Shown piece by piece: positions 32,697-43,438 of a stretch of DNA of 64,000 nucleotides; within the stretch, counting starts at the first letter, position 1, and each line of letters opens with the position of its first letter. Origin of the DNA: an uncultured Erysipelotrichaceae bacterium (GTDB taxonomy: Bacteria > Bacillota_I > Bacilli_A > RF39 > UBA660); NCBI GenBank assembly GCA_902801525.1, contig CADCIN010000002.1:12323-76322 (forward strand). Direction: 5' to 3'. Both the position numbers and the translations under genes were made by a program. Below the pieces are notes generated by a model. That model was not told the DNA's origin, searched no databases, and saw only the letters and a program-made list of their open reading frames with translations.

Positions 32697-34118
32697 ATGA
32701 AAAAAATGTTTAAGAAAATATTTGTATTCTTTTCTCTAATTTTAAGTATATATTTAATATTTAATATCTATAATTTAAATGTATTTCCAATTAAATATTT
32801 TTATATAATAACATCAGCAGTTATATTACTTAATTTAATAGCAATGTTTAATTTTTTATCAAAGAAAATATTTCAAAGATTTATTGGAAAACTACTATAT
32901 TTATTAATTATAGTTATATGTGTACTAGGACTTAAATATACAAGTGAGACAATTTCATTTTTAAATGAAAGTTTTAGTAGTTTAGATGAACAAATAGAAT
33001 ATGACATAGTTGTTTTAAAATCATCTAATTATAAAGAATTATCAAGTTTATCTAATAAGTCATTAGGATATATAGAAAATGATTCTAATAATAATAAAGT
33101 ATTAGAAAAATTAAAAAGTAAAGTAAAAACAAATGATTTAAAATTTAATAATATTAATGAAATGTATAATGATTTAGATAATAAGAAAATTCAAAGTTTA
33201 GTCGCACCTGAGTCTCTAATAGATTTATTAGAAGAAGATAATTACTCTGTAAAAGACAATATAAAAGTTATATATAAATTTAAAATTAGTACTAAAGAAA
33301 ATAGTAGTGATAAAAAGTTAACTACTCTTAAGCCAGTTAATATTTATATATCTGGAAGTGATTCTAGAGGAGAAATATCAGATAGATCTAGAAGTGATGT
33401 TAATATGATTTTAACACTTAATCCTAAAACTAATAAAATATTATTAACAAATATACCAAGAGATTATTATGTAAAACTTCATAATACTACAGGTTTAAAT
33501 GATAAATTAACACATGCAGGAATATATGGAACCGAAATGTCTAAAACTACTTTAGAAGATTTATTTAACATTGATATTTCCTCAACTATAAAAGTTGGAT
33601 TTCAATCAGTAATTAAAATAGTAGACTTAGTTGGTGGAATAGATATTTATAGTGATCAAGAACTTACAACATCTGGAAGTGATGGAGGAGCAACTCCCGT
33701 ACATATAGTAGTAGGAAATAATCATTTAACTGGAGCCGAGGCTCTCTCATTCGCAAGAGAAAGACACGCCTACACTAAAGGTGATAGACAAAGAGGAGAA
33801 AATCAACAACTTGTCTTAGAAGCCTTAATTAATAAATTGACTAAAGATAAAACAATGCTTTTAAAATATAATGAATTCCTAGAAAACTTAAAAACTTCAT
33901 ATAAAACAGATATAAGTGAAGAATTTATTAAAAACTTAGTTAGATATCAATTAGATGATATGCCATCGTGGACTATTGAAAAACAAGAAGTAGATGGAAC
34001 AGGATCATACGCACAGACATATTCAATACCAGGAAGAAACTTATATGTAATGATTCCAAATACAGATAGTGTAACTAAAGCAACTAAAAAGATTAATAAA
34101 GTGTTAGATGAAGACTAG
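32697..34118 (+). CDS. LytR-CpsA-Psr (LCP) family cell-wall polymer transferase
   Basis: N-terminal TM segments. ISGSDSRGEISDRSRSDVNMILTLNP...LTNIPRDYYV and FARERHAYTKGDRQRGENQQ are LCP hallmarks. Confidence 0.8.
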   Translation: MKKMFKKIFVFFSLILSIYLIFNIYNLNVFPIKYFYIITSAVILLNLIAMFNFLSKKIFQRFIGKLLYLLIIVICVLGLKYTSETISFLNESFSSLDEQIEYDIVVLKSSNYKELSSLSNKSLGYIENDSNNNKVLEKLKSKVKTNDLKFNNINEMYNDLDNKKIQSLVAPESLIDLLEEDNYSVKDNIKVIYKFKISTKENSSDKKLTTLKPVNIYISGSDSRGEISDRSRSDVNMILTLNPKTNKILLTNIPRDYYVKLHNTTGLNDKLTHAGIYGTEMSKTTLEDLFNIDISSTIKVGFQSVIKIVDLVGGIDIYSDQELTTSGSDGGATPVHIVVGNNHLTGAEALSFARERHAYTKGDRQRGENQQLVLEALINKLTKDKTMLLKYNEFLENLKTSYKTDISEEFIKNLVRYQLDDMPSWTIEKQEVDGTGSYAQTYSIPGRNLYVMIPNTDSVTKATKKINKVLDED

Positions 34119-34144
34119 ATAGAATAATATTATTCTATCTTTTT
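34117..34144 (+). terminator. intrinsic terminator
   Basis: AGATAGAATA / TATTCTATCT stem followed by TTTT. Confidence 0.6.
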
Positions 34145-34183
34145 ATTTTAAATATGTTATAATGTTTAAAAGGAGAGTTGAAT

Positions 34184-35185
34184 ATGAAAATATTAGTAAC
34201 TGGTGGATGTGGTTATATTGGATCACATACATGTGTAGAATTGTTAAATAATAACTACGAAGTAGTAGTTTTAGATAACTTATCTAATAGTAATATTTCA
34301 GTATTAGATAAAATAAAGAAAATAACAGGTAAAAGTGTTAAATTTTATGAAGGGAATATGATTGATACAGATTTACTTGATAAAGTGTTTACAGAAAATA
34401 AAATTGATGCTGTAATAGATTTTGCAGCATATAAAGCAGTTGGAGAATCAGTAGAAAAACCAATTGAATATTATAAAAATAATGTTTCTACAATTCTTGA
34501 ACTTATACTTGCAATGAAAAGACATAATGTTAAGAAAATTGTTTTCTCATCAAGTGCAACAGTATATGGTACTCCAGATGAAGTACCAATTAAAGAAGAT
34601 GCAAAAACTGGTGGAACAACTAATCCATATGGAACAAGTAAATTATTTGTTGAAAAAATATTAAAAGATTTATATAAATCAGATAATGAGTGGGATATTG
34701 CAATACTCAGATATTTTAACCCAATAGGAGCACATGAATCTGGATTAATAGGAGAATCCCCAAATGGAGTACCGGCTAATTTAATGCCCTATGTTGCAAA
34801 AGTAGCTAAAGGTGAATTTGAGTTTTTAAGGGTATTTGGAAATGATTATGAGACCAATGATGGAACAGGAGTAAGAGATTATATTCATGTAGTAGATCTT
34901 GCAAATGGCCATATAAAAGCCTTAGAAAAATTAACAAAAGAAGAAAAAGGATTATATATCTATAACTTAGGAACAGGTACAGGATATAGTGTTTTAGATA
35001 TTGTTAAAGCATTTGAAAAAGCAAATAACATAAAAGTACCATATAAAATAATGCCAAGAAGAGCTGGCGATATAGCAGCATGTTATTCAGATCCAACAAA
35101 AGCAAAAGAAGAATTAGGATTTGTTGCAACAAAAACACTAGAAGACATGTGTCGTGATGCTTGGAATTTTGAAAAAAATAATTAA
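34184..35185 (+). CDS. galE: UDP-glucose 4-epimerase
   Basis: [16 protein letters not shown]ossmann motif, YGTSK (YxxxK), length ~333 aa, overall GalE-like sequence. Confidence 0.85.
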   Translation: MKILVTGGCGYIGSHTCVELLNNNYEVVVLDNLSNSNISVLDKIKKITGKSVKFYEGNMIDTDLLDKVFTENKIDAVIDFAAYKAVGESVEKPIEYYKNNVSTILELILAMKRHNVKKIVFSSSATVYGTPDEVPIKEDAKTGGTTNPYGTSKLFVEKILKDLYKSDNEWDIAILRYFNPIGAHESGLIGESPNGVPANLMPYVAKVAKGEFEFLRVFGNDYETNDGTGVRDYIHVVDLANGHIKALEKLTKEEKGLYIYNLGTGTGYSVLDIVKAFEKANNIKVPYKIMPRRAGDIAACYSDPTKAKEELGFVATKTLEDMCRDAWNFEKNN

Positions 35186-35208
35186 TAAATAAATCAAAGG
35201 AGAAAAAT

Positions 35209-35940
35209 ATGAATAATAATAATAGAATATTACCTAAAGAATATAAAAAATATCACCCCTTTGATTTAAATACTAATAGTATTTTATATACATATCAAAA
35301 TGAAATATATAAAATACCATATTACATAAAAGAAGATTTGGAAGATATATTAAATTACTTAAAAGAATGTAATTTAAATGAATTAGTACAAATTAATAAA
35401 ATGTTATATCAAAATGAAAAATTAGTAGGTTATTCAATGAATAATTATAATAATTATAAAAGTATGAAGAAAAATAGACATAGAACTTTAAGACTAAAAA
35501 AAGAAGATTGCAAAAAGATAATAGCAGCAAGTGAAAAATTAAATAAATATAATATTATTTTTAATGACTATCATGAATCAAATATATTGCTAAATAATGA
35601 AACAAATAATATTAAAATATGTGATATAGATGCAATCAAAATAAGTGATGATGAAAGACTAAAGAAACTTCAAATTAAACAAAGTATAGTTCTTTGTATT
35701 TCATACTTATATAATGTAAAAAAAGAGTATATGAATCTATTAATAAGATCTAATACTGAAGTAAATAAATCAAGATTAATAAATGACTTTTTAAAGTTAG
35801 AAAATATTAAACTAGAAGGTAATACAGAAATATTAGATAAAATAGATTATGACATTATAGATGAAGATAAAAAAGTATTGAAAAAATATATTAAAGAAGA
35901 AAGAGAAAAGAGTTGCTTCTATCAATATTTTGATTTTTAG
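35209..35940 (+). CDS. protein-kinase-like fold protein (function unknown)
   Basis: Catalytic-loop-like NDYHESNILL and metal-binding-like KICDID. Otherwise uncharacterised. Confidence 0.35.
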   Translation: MNNNNRILPKEYKKYHPFDLNTNSILYTYQNEIYKIPYYIKEDLEDILNYLKECNLNELVQINKMLYQNEKLVGYSMNNYNNYKSMKKNRHRTLRLKKEDCKKIIAASEKLNKYNIIFNDYHESNILLNNETNNIKICDIDAIKISDDERLKKLQIKQSIVLCISYLYNVKKEYMNLLIRSNTEVNKSRLINDFLKLENIKLEGNTEILDKIDYDIIDEDKKVLKKYIKEEREKSCFYQYFDF

Positions 35941-35952
35941 AAAGGAACTTTT

Positions 35953-36657
35953 ATGAAGAAAGTAATATTAAATATAATAATAGTAATATTAATATGTACA
36001 CTATTTTATTCCGGATATCATATAGTAGTATGGTATCTAGATAATAAGAAGACTGATAATTTAATAACTGATGTAAAAGATGAAGTTAAAAAAGAAGATA
36101 GTAAAACAAATAATATTACATATGATTTTAATAAATTAAAAAGTATTAATGATGAAACAGTAGCATGGATTAATATACCAAATACTAATGTAGATTATCC
36201 TATAGTTAAACATAAAGATAATAGTTTTTATTTAAATCATTCATTTGATAAATCACATAATATATCAGGATGGTTATTTATGGATTATCGAAATAATAAT
36301 GATTTTACAGATAAAAATACAATTATTTATGCACATGGTATGTTAAATGGAACAATGTTTGGAAGCTTAAGAAATTTATTAAAATTAGATGATTTAAAAA
36401 ATACAAGTATTAATATATATACTGAGAAAGGTTTAATCGAATATAAAATATTTAGTATTTATAAAATACCAACTACAGATGATTATTTAAAAATTTCATT
36501 TGAAAATAATGAGTTTACTAATTTTATAGATTTAATAGGTCCAAGAAGTGAAAAATACCTTGATGAAACAGTAAATGAAAAGGATACTATACTTACTCTT
36601 TCTACATGTTATGATGAAACAGAAAAACTTGTTATACATGCTAAAAAAAATAATTAA
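35953..36657 (+). CDS. class B-like sortase
   Basis: N-terminal TM segment, NDETVAWINIPNTNVDYPIV, IYAHGM (His), LTLSTCY (Cys). 234 aa. Confidence 0.75.
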   Translation: MKKVILNIIIVILICTLFYSGYHIVVWYLDNKKTDNLITDVKDEVKKEDSKTNNITYDFNKLKSINDETVAWINIPNTNVDYPIVKHKDNSFYLNHSFDKSHNISGWLFMDYRNNNDFTDKNTIIYAHGMLNGTMFGSLRNLLKLDDLKNTSINIYTEKGLIEYKIFSIYKIPTTDDYLKISFENNEFTNFIDLIGPRSEKYLDETVNEKDTILTLSTCYDETEKLVIHAKKNN

Positions 36658-36732
36658 AAAACTAGTATAATTTTATTGCTAGTTTTTTTGTCTATGTTAA
36701 AATGTTATTAACATAGAGAGGATAAGTAAGAT

Positions 36733-39700
36733 ATGATTAGCAAGAAAAAAATATCATCTAATGTTTTTTTTAAACTAACATGCTTAAGTATTTTGTTTAT
36801 AACTTTGATATTTGCTGGAAATCTGTTACTTGGAAGAAGTATTAAAACAAAATATTGTAATCACTTTACATCTTTAGATAGTAGATATATACCTGATAGT
36901 AATTCATCAGTATATGTTATTTCATTTAGAAATCAAGATAGCAAGTTTACGCTTGGTCAAAGGATTTTGCATTCTTGGGGAGAAAGTACAAGAGAAGGAG
37001 TACTACGTGATGTAACAGAATCTTTTCTTGATAAAGATTACAATGATTCTAATATTATGGCAGTGAAAGTTGAAGGAAACGTTAGTGGAATACTAGTAGT
37101 AACAGGTGGAGGAGATTTACCTGTATGGAAACCACATGATGGAAGTTATCAAACTGCAGATTATACTGATTCAGCAAATTTAACAAAAAATGCAACGCAT
37201 TATTTTTATATTAATGATAGTGGACAGTTAGTGCCAACAAATTCTATTGAACTAATTTCAAATGCAGGAGACGTAGTATAATTTAGAAATATGGATTCAG
37301 AAACTTTTAATATGATGCCTGAAGTAACTTTCGGTGCAACATCTAATACAACAGCAAATGAAAAAGCAAAAGTAGAAAAAATAAGTGAAGAAAATAACCT
37401 TTATAAAATAACAATCGCATCAAGTAATGATGCAAGTATATTAGATAAAATAAATGTAACAATTAATAATGAAAAAATTATTAATAATATGGAAATAGAT
37501 GAAAATAATAATGTTTTATATTATGATATAACACAGTTAAGTGATGGAACTAAAATATCTAAATGGAAAACTTATCCAACTGATTTAGAAAACTCATCTA
37601 TATCAGGAATACCTCTATATGTAAATGGTACAGGAATAGTAAACAATAATAATTTAATAAGTACGAAAAAAACAAATGTTTACAAATACAATGCTGGTTT
37701 AAATGAAACAAAACAAACTATATTAGAATATATTGATAAAAGTGGTAATAAATATCACTTCATGTATAATAAAGATTTTGTAGATAGTGGAAGTAACTTA
37801 GTAAAAATAACTAATTCAGAAGCTAGAATAACTGATACATTCGATGAAAATGCTAAAATAGTATATTTTGATGCAACTATGTCTGTATTAAATTATTCAG
37901 ACTATACAGTTACTAATCAAACAATGCCAGTTGATATAACAAGTCAAAAGATGTATGTCAAAGCATATGACAATAACAATAATTATATTGGTACATATGA
38001 AATGACAAAAGAAAATGATTATACAAGTGGTAATAATACTTGGAAATATGTATATAGTGCATATCTTCCATCAAACACTGAAAAAGTAGAATACTTTGGA
38101 TATGATCCATCATCAAATGCAGATTATAAGACAGCTAAAACAAGTATTTTAACTATTCCAACAAATTTATCAAATCCATGTTTCTATGCAGATACAGGGG
38201 ACACAATTGCCTATGATAATGTTAATCGCGAAGGATATTTTGATGAAGTTTATCAAATAAGAAATCCCGAAAAGATTAAAAATAATCAAATAACAGAAAT
38301 AGTACAAGATAATGGTGAATCACCAGAAAATACAGACCAAATTTTATATATAAAAACTAGTATATACGACTATTATACTGACTTCGAATTAAATGGTAAT
38401 AATAGAAGTGATTACCAAGTAGGAACTGGTCAATTTGCATCACATAGAAATTGGGTTACATTTAGAGAATTTGATCAAGCACTAGTAATTACTATAAAGA
38501 AAATGGTGTATTAAATCCTATTTATACAGGACACTTTCAACCAAATATTTCCGGATGGGGAATTACATATAGTGAGATAGCAGATTCCTTAAACTTATAT
38601 GGTTATGATATTAATTCAGAGGCAAATTATGGATTCTTCTCAAATAACAACTCGGCAGAAGATTCACAAGGAGCAAATCCATATTATAGTAGTGCAGTTA
38701 TGAAGTTAGTAAATAAAGAGTTAGAAAATAATAATATATATACTAATACAAATACAAGAATCAAAGTATTACTACCATATTTTGATGAAAATTTTCTAAA
38801 TAGAGATAATAGTAAAAATTCAGTATTAGGTAAAGTAATGAATAATACAGCATTTCCATTTACTAAGAAAACAGATAATGAAATTGATTATTGGGAATTT
38901 GATAGTAGTAAAACAACACTTCAAATGCTTGATAGAACTGGCAAGAATGATCAATATGAATATGTATTAAGGGATGTAGGCAGTCAAAACTGGTCAACGA
39001 ATCTTGATTCAACATCAACATCGACTGGAACACCTGGATATTTTCCACTTAATAAATCTGCAAAAACAAATCAAGCAGCAACATATAATTATGGATTCGG
39101 TACAAAATTTGAATTCAACATTAAGCTAGATGATAATGGATATGTGCAAAAACAAGATGGAACACTAGCACCAATAACTTTTGAATTTACTGGTGATGAC
39201 GATATGTGGGTATACATCGATGATAAATTAGTTATGGATTTAGGTGGAGACCACTCACAAACATCAGGTAAAATAGACTTATCAAAAGATGGACAAAAAG
39301 CTTATATGACAAGTATTAAAAAAAATACTGAAAATAGTAGTATTGAATCAGGAACAGGGCAAATAATAGATTTAAAAACATTATTTCCAAATGATGAGTT
39401 ATATTCCGGATTCCATAAAGTAACAATATTCTACATGGAAAGAGGAATGTGGGAATCAAACTTAAAGTTAAGATTCAATATGCCACAAATTATTATGTCC
39501 GAAGATTTAGAATTAATAAAAACTGATTTTGAAAATCAAGAAATAAAATTACAAGGTGCAATATTTGAATTAAGATATAAAAATAAAAAATTAATTCAAA
39601 CAAGTACAACAGATGAAGATGGTCATATAACTTTAAAAGGGTTATCACCGGATTCGACATACTATTTAAAAAAAGTAAAAGCTCCGAAAGGATATCAAAT

Positions 39701-39944
39701 ACAAGATGAAGAAATAGAAATAAAAGTTTCGGCAACCGGTGAAATGACATCAAATATTGGAACAATTTCAAATGAAAATGATAAATATTCATTAACAATA
39801 ACTAATAAGAAAAATTCTCTTTTACCAACAACTGGAGGAAAAGGACCAATAATATATACATTTATTGGATTATTACTAATAATTATTTCATTAGTACTAA
39901 TTAATATTAAAAATAAAAAAGATAATAAGAAGAAAAAAGATAAA
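36733..39944 (+). pseudogene. large LPXTG-anchored adhesin (fibro-slime/PA14-like and Cna-B-like domains) disrupted by an in-frame TAA (37279-37281) and a 1-nt frameshift (~38475-38485)
   Basis: Signal peptide at 36733. ORFs 36733-37281 and 37291-38514 share a frame. The frame switches near ...FREFDQAL / SNYYKENGVLNP. FEFTGDDDMWVYIDDKLVMDLGGDH motif. LPTTGG at 39822-39839, followed by a TM segment and a K-rich tail. Confidence 0.7.
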
Positions 39945-40589
39945 ATAGAAGTACTTGAAATAATTGCAATTGTTTTCGCAGCTATATTCATGTTTAATCC
40001 AAAAGTAAATGCAAAAGATTTAGATAATACAAATATAATAGAAAAATATGAAAATAGTAGTATATCAATTAACGATACTAAAGCTAAACTATATAAAATT
40101 GCAAACAGAGATAAAGATAAAATAACTTATCTAAATGAATATGAAGAAAAACAAATAAATATATATGGTTTAAATTCTTCTGAATTAACAACTTATTCAA
40201 AAAAATTAAAAAATTATATAGAAGAAAATAATTTAAAAGAATATTCAAAAGATACTACAAGTAAAGATGGAGAATTTAGTTTTAATGATTTAAGTCCAGG
40301 ACTTTATATGATAATTGTAGATGATAAACAAATAGATAATTATTTATATAAAGCCCTTCCATCAATTATTATTTTGCCATCAAGTGATAATAAAAATAAT
40401 AATTTAAAAGTATTCATTAAATCTGAAAGATCAGAAGTTACAAAGGAAGAGGGGATAAAAACAAAACAAAATATAGATGTACCAAATACATATGATAATA
40501 TTTTAAAATACTGTGTAATATTTATATTATCTGTTTCAAGTATTATATATCTAATAAGAAAGTATTATTATGACTTTGAGGGAGGATAA
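39945..40589 (+). CDS. pilin/minor-subunit-like module (Cna-B-like) with VPNTY sorting-like signal, fused in frame to the upstream adhesin tail
   Basis: Signal-peptide-like IEVLEIIAIVFAAIFMFNPKVNA-KD directly follows the K-rich tail with no stop codon. DGEFSFNDLSPGLYMIIV. C-terminus DVPNTYDNILKYCVIFILSVSSIIYLIRKY. The start codon is unclear. Confidence 0.45.
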   Translation: MEVLEIIAIVFAAIFMFNPKVNAKDLDNTNIIEKYENSSISINDTKAKLYKIANRDKDKITYLNEYEEKQINIYGLNSSELTTYSKKLKNYIEENNLKEYSKDTTSKDGEFSFNDLSPGLYMIIVDDKQIDNYLYKALPSIIILPSSDNKNNNLKVFIKSERSEVTKEEGIKTKQNIDVPNTYDNILKYCVIFILSVSSIIYLIRKYYYDFEGG

Positions 40590-40630
40590 TTGCTCAAAGA
40601 TCATAATTTAAAAAAGAAAGAAAGTAAAAA

Positions 40631-42079
40631 ATGAAAAACAAATTAATTAAAAAATTATCAAACATAACAATGTTATTTGCAATATTATTTAACTTAGTAT
40701 TAACAGTTAATGCTGCAACTGCAATTACAACTAATTCGGTATCTGGAAAAACAGATACAAATAGCAAATATGTAACTAACAAAGGTACACTTAAAGTTAC
40801 AAATTTAGCTGATGAAAACGATAGATTAACAGCATACAAAATATTAGATACGTTCTATAATGAAGATAAAGAATCTATCTCATATGAATTCACAAGTGAT
40901 TTTAAAAGATTCTTAAGTGGATCAGATAAATACAAGAATCTAACAGTAGACGAGTATACTAAATTAACAAATGGAGATATTACAAGTAGTTCAACAAAAA
41001 CTACATCTACACTTGATACACTAGTAAGTAGTTATGCATCATTTATTAGAGATGCAGAAAATAATGTATTAGGAACACCAATGACAATTACTGATAAAAC
41101 AGCAGAAGCAACAGTTGAAGCAGTAGCATATCTTGTATTACCAACAGAAACAACTAAAGTATATGCTGTTATGGTAGGAAATGTTGATTTTACAGTAAAC
41201 AATAGTGAATGGACATTAAATGATGAAACAATCGTTGCAAAAACAAGTGATGTATCAATTACAAAAACAGTTGAAAAAGAATCATATAACTTTAGTGATG
41301 AACAAAATTACACAATTAAAGTTACAGTACCAACTTATCCAACAAATGCAACTAATAGAACATTTGAAGTATCAGATACATTCTCAAATGGATTAACATA
41401 TGATACAGTGTCTCTAAAAATAATGGATGGAACAAATGATATTACAGAAACTGATGGAGTATTCACACAATCAATTGATGGATAAACAGTAAAAATTTCT
41501 TTTGATACAACAAAATTAACAAGTAATGAATTAACAATTACATATAAAGCAAGTTTTAATGATAATGTAGTACTTGGATCACAAGGAAATGACAATACTG
41601 CAACATTAACTTATTCAAATTATCCATATTCAAATGGTACACATGAAATTGAATCAAAAACAAAAGTAAAAACATATGGATTACAAGTTACTAAAAAAGA
41701 TAGTAACGATGGTTCAGTATTAAGTGGTGCTGAATTTGATGTATATAGTGACTCAGGATTAACAAATAAAGTAGCAACAATTACAACTGGTGAAGATGGA
41801 ATTGCTAAATATAAGAGTTTAGCTGCAGGAAATTACTACTTAAAAGAAACTGTAGCTCCTACAGACTATGTATTATCTACAAAAACAATTGAAGCTAGAC
41901 TAAGTGATGAAACAGCAAATGCAGAAGGTTATGTAGAACTTGAAGTAACAAACTCAAAGGCATCTACATTACCATTTACAGGTGGTCATGGACCAATTAT
42001 GTACGTAATCTACGGATTAGTAATCTTCTTAGTAGGATTCTATTTAAAAAAAAGAAACTCTAAAAAAGTAAATGCTTAA
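40631..42079 (+). pseudogene. LPXTG major-pilin-like protein interrupted by a single in-frame TAA (41483-41485)
   Basis: Signal peptide ...LTVNAATA. The frame continues after the TAA (..SIDG*TVKISFD..) to a Cna-B-like GAEFDVYSD...GNYYLKETVAPTDY segment and LPFTGG + TM + KKRNSKK. Confidence 0.75.
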
Positions 42080-42896
42080 AAATAATAATAAAAAGATAAA
42101 TATTCCCTCTATAATATATTCTATCATTATGCTATTGGGAATATTTATCATATTTTATCCCGTATTAATAAATTATCTAAATAGTAAGAAAACAAGTGAA
42201 GTAATTACTAATTATGAAAATACAGTTAAACATATGTCAAAAGAAGAAAAGAAAGAACTTATAGAAAAAGCTCGAATATATAATGATAATTTAATAAATG
42301 ATAAAGTAAATCCCAACTATAATTTTAAAGAAGAATATAATAATATATTAAATATAGATGAAAATGGTCTAATGGGATATATTGTAATTCCAAAAATAAA
42401 ATTAAATTTACCCATATATCATACAGTATCAGATGAAGTATTAAATAAATACATAGGTCATTATCCTACAAGTTCATTCCCAGTAGGAGGAAAAGGTACA
42501 AATGCATTATTATTTGGACATAGGGGACTTCCATCAGCAACATTATTTACTGATTTAGATCAAGTAAAAATTAATGACATATTTTATACAAATATATTAG
42601 ATAAAAAATATACATATAAAGTAGTAGACATAAAAGTAGTAAATCCAAATGATATAAAAGAGATAGTAATAGATAAAAATAAAGACCAAGTAACTTTAAT
42701 AACATGTACTCCTTATGCAATAAATACTCATAGATTAATAATAGTCGGTGAAAGATATAAAATAAGTAATAAAAAATTAAAAGAAATTAAAGTACGCAGA
42801 AGATTATCTATTTCTGAGCTAATATCTCTAATATCTGGTTTACTAATTATAGTAATATTACTAATTTATAAAATAAAAAAAATGAGAAACAAATAG
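42072..42896 (+). CDS. class C (pilus-assembly) sortase
   Basis: N-terminal TM segment, LFGHRG (His), VTLITCTPY (Cys), a downstream R in NTHRLIIVG, and the C-terminal TM segment typical of class C. It overlaps the pilin stop by 8 nt. Confidence 0.8.
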   Translation: MLKNNNKKINIPSIIYSIIMLLGIFIIFYPVLINYLNSKKTSEVITNYENTVKHMSKEEKKELIEKARIYNDNLINDKVNPNYNFKEEYNNILNIDENGLMGYIVIPKIKLNLPIYHTVSDEVLNKYIGHYPTSSFPVGGKGTNALLFGHRGLPSATLFTDLDQVKINDIFYTNILDKKYTYKVVDIKVVNPNDIKEIVIDKNKDQVTLITCTPYAINTHRLIIVGERYKISNKKLKEIKVRRRLSISELISLISGLLIIVILLIYKIKKMRNK

Positions 42897-42909
42897 TTTC
42901 TCATTTTTT
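42875..42909. terminator. bidirectional intrinsic terminator between convergent genes
   Basis: AATGAGAAAC / GTTTCTCATT stem flanked by an A-run and a T-run. Confidence 0.6.
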
Positions 42910-42915
42910 ATTTGT

Positions 42916-43320
42916 CTAAAATAGTGAAGTAATAATTAATATGATACCTAATACAAAGAATACAGCACATATAATTAACGTAATAAATAGTTCTTTCTTT
43001 TTTCTTTTTAATTTTTTGTACTTATAATTAATCTCATCAACATCATTTTCCATATGCTTCTCAGTATTACGATCTAATAAGATATTTTCTTGAGTTTGTT
43101 CAATATCTTCGATAGCATCATTTAAATCATCTTCAGCTTCTTCTTTAATCTCATCAGTAGTAATATCTTCTTCAATATTATTTGAATTGTATTTTAAAGA
43201 ATTACTATCAAAAGAATCATCATTCTTATCCGCACTAAAGTAAAAAGCATCTCTAAAGCTAGATTCCTTTTTTTTATTATCATCATCATTAACAATTTCT
43301 TTAGGATCAAAATCACTCAT
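42916..43320 (-). CDS. acidic tail-anchored hypothetical protein
   Basis: 134-aa ORF rich in D/E/N, with C-terminal TM segment LFITLIICAVFFVLGIILIITSLF. Confidence 0.45.
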   Translation of the reverse strand: MSDFDPKEIVNDDDNKKKESSFRDAFYFSADKNDDSFDSNSLKYNSNNIEEDITTDEIKEEAEDDLNDAIEDIEQTQENILLDRNTEKHMENDVDEINYKYKKLKRKKKELFITLIICAVFFVLGIILIITSLF

Positions 43321-43438
43321 AAGTATCTCCTTAATAATTATTTATACTACATATGTATTTTATCATAAATCAAAATAAATTAAAAATATAATGTTCTTAA
43401 ATTAAAAAAAATACGTATTAATTTTACTAGGTGATGAT

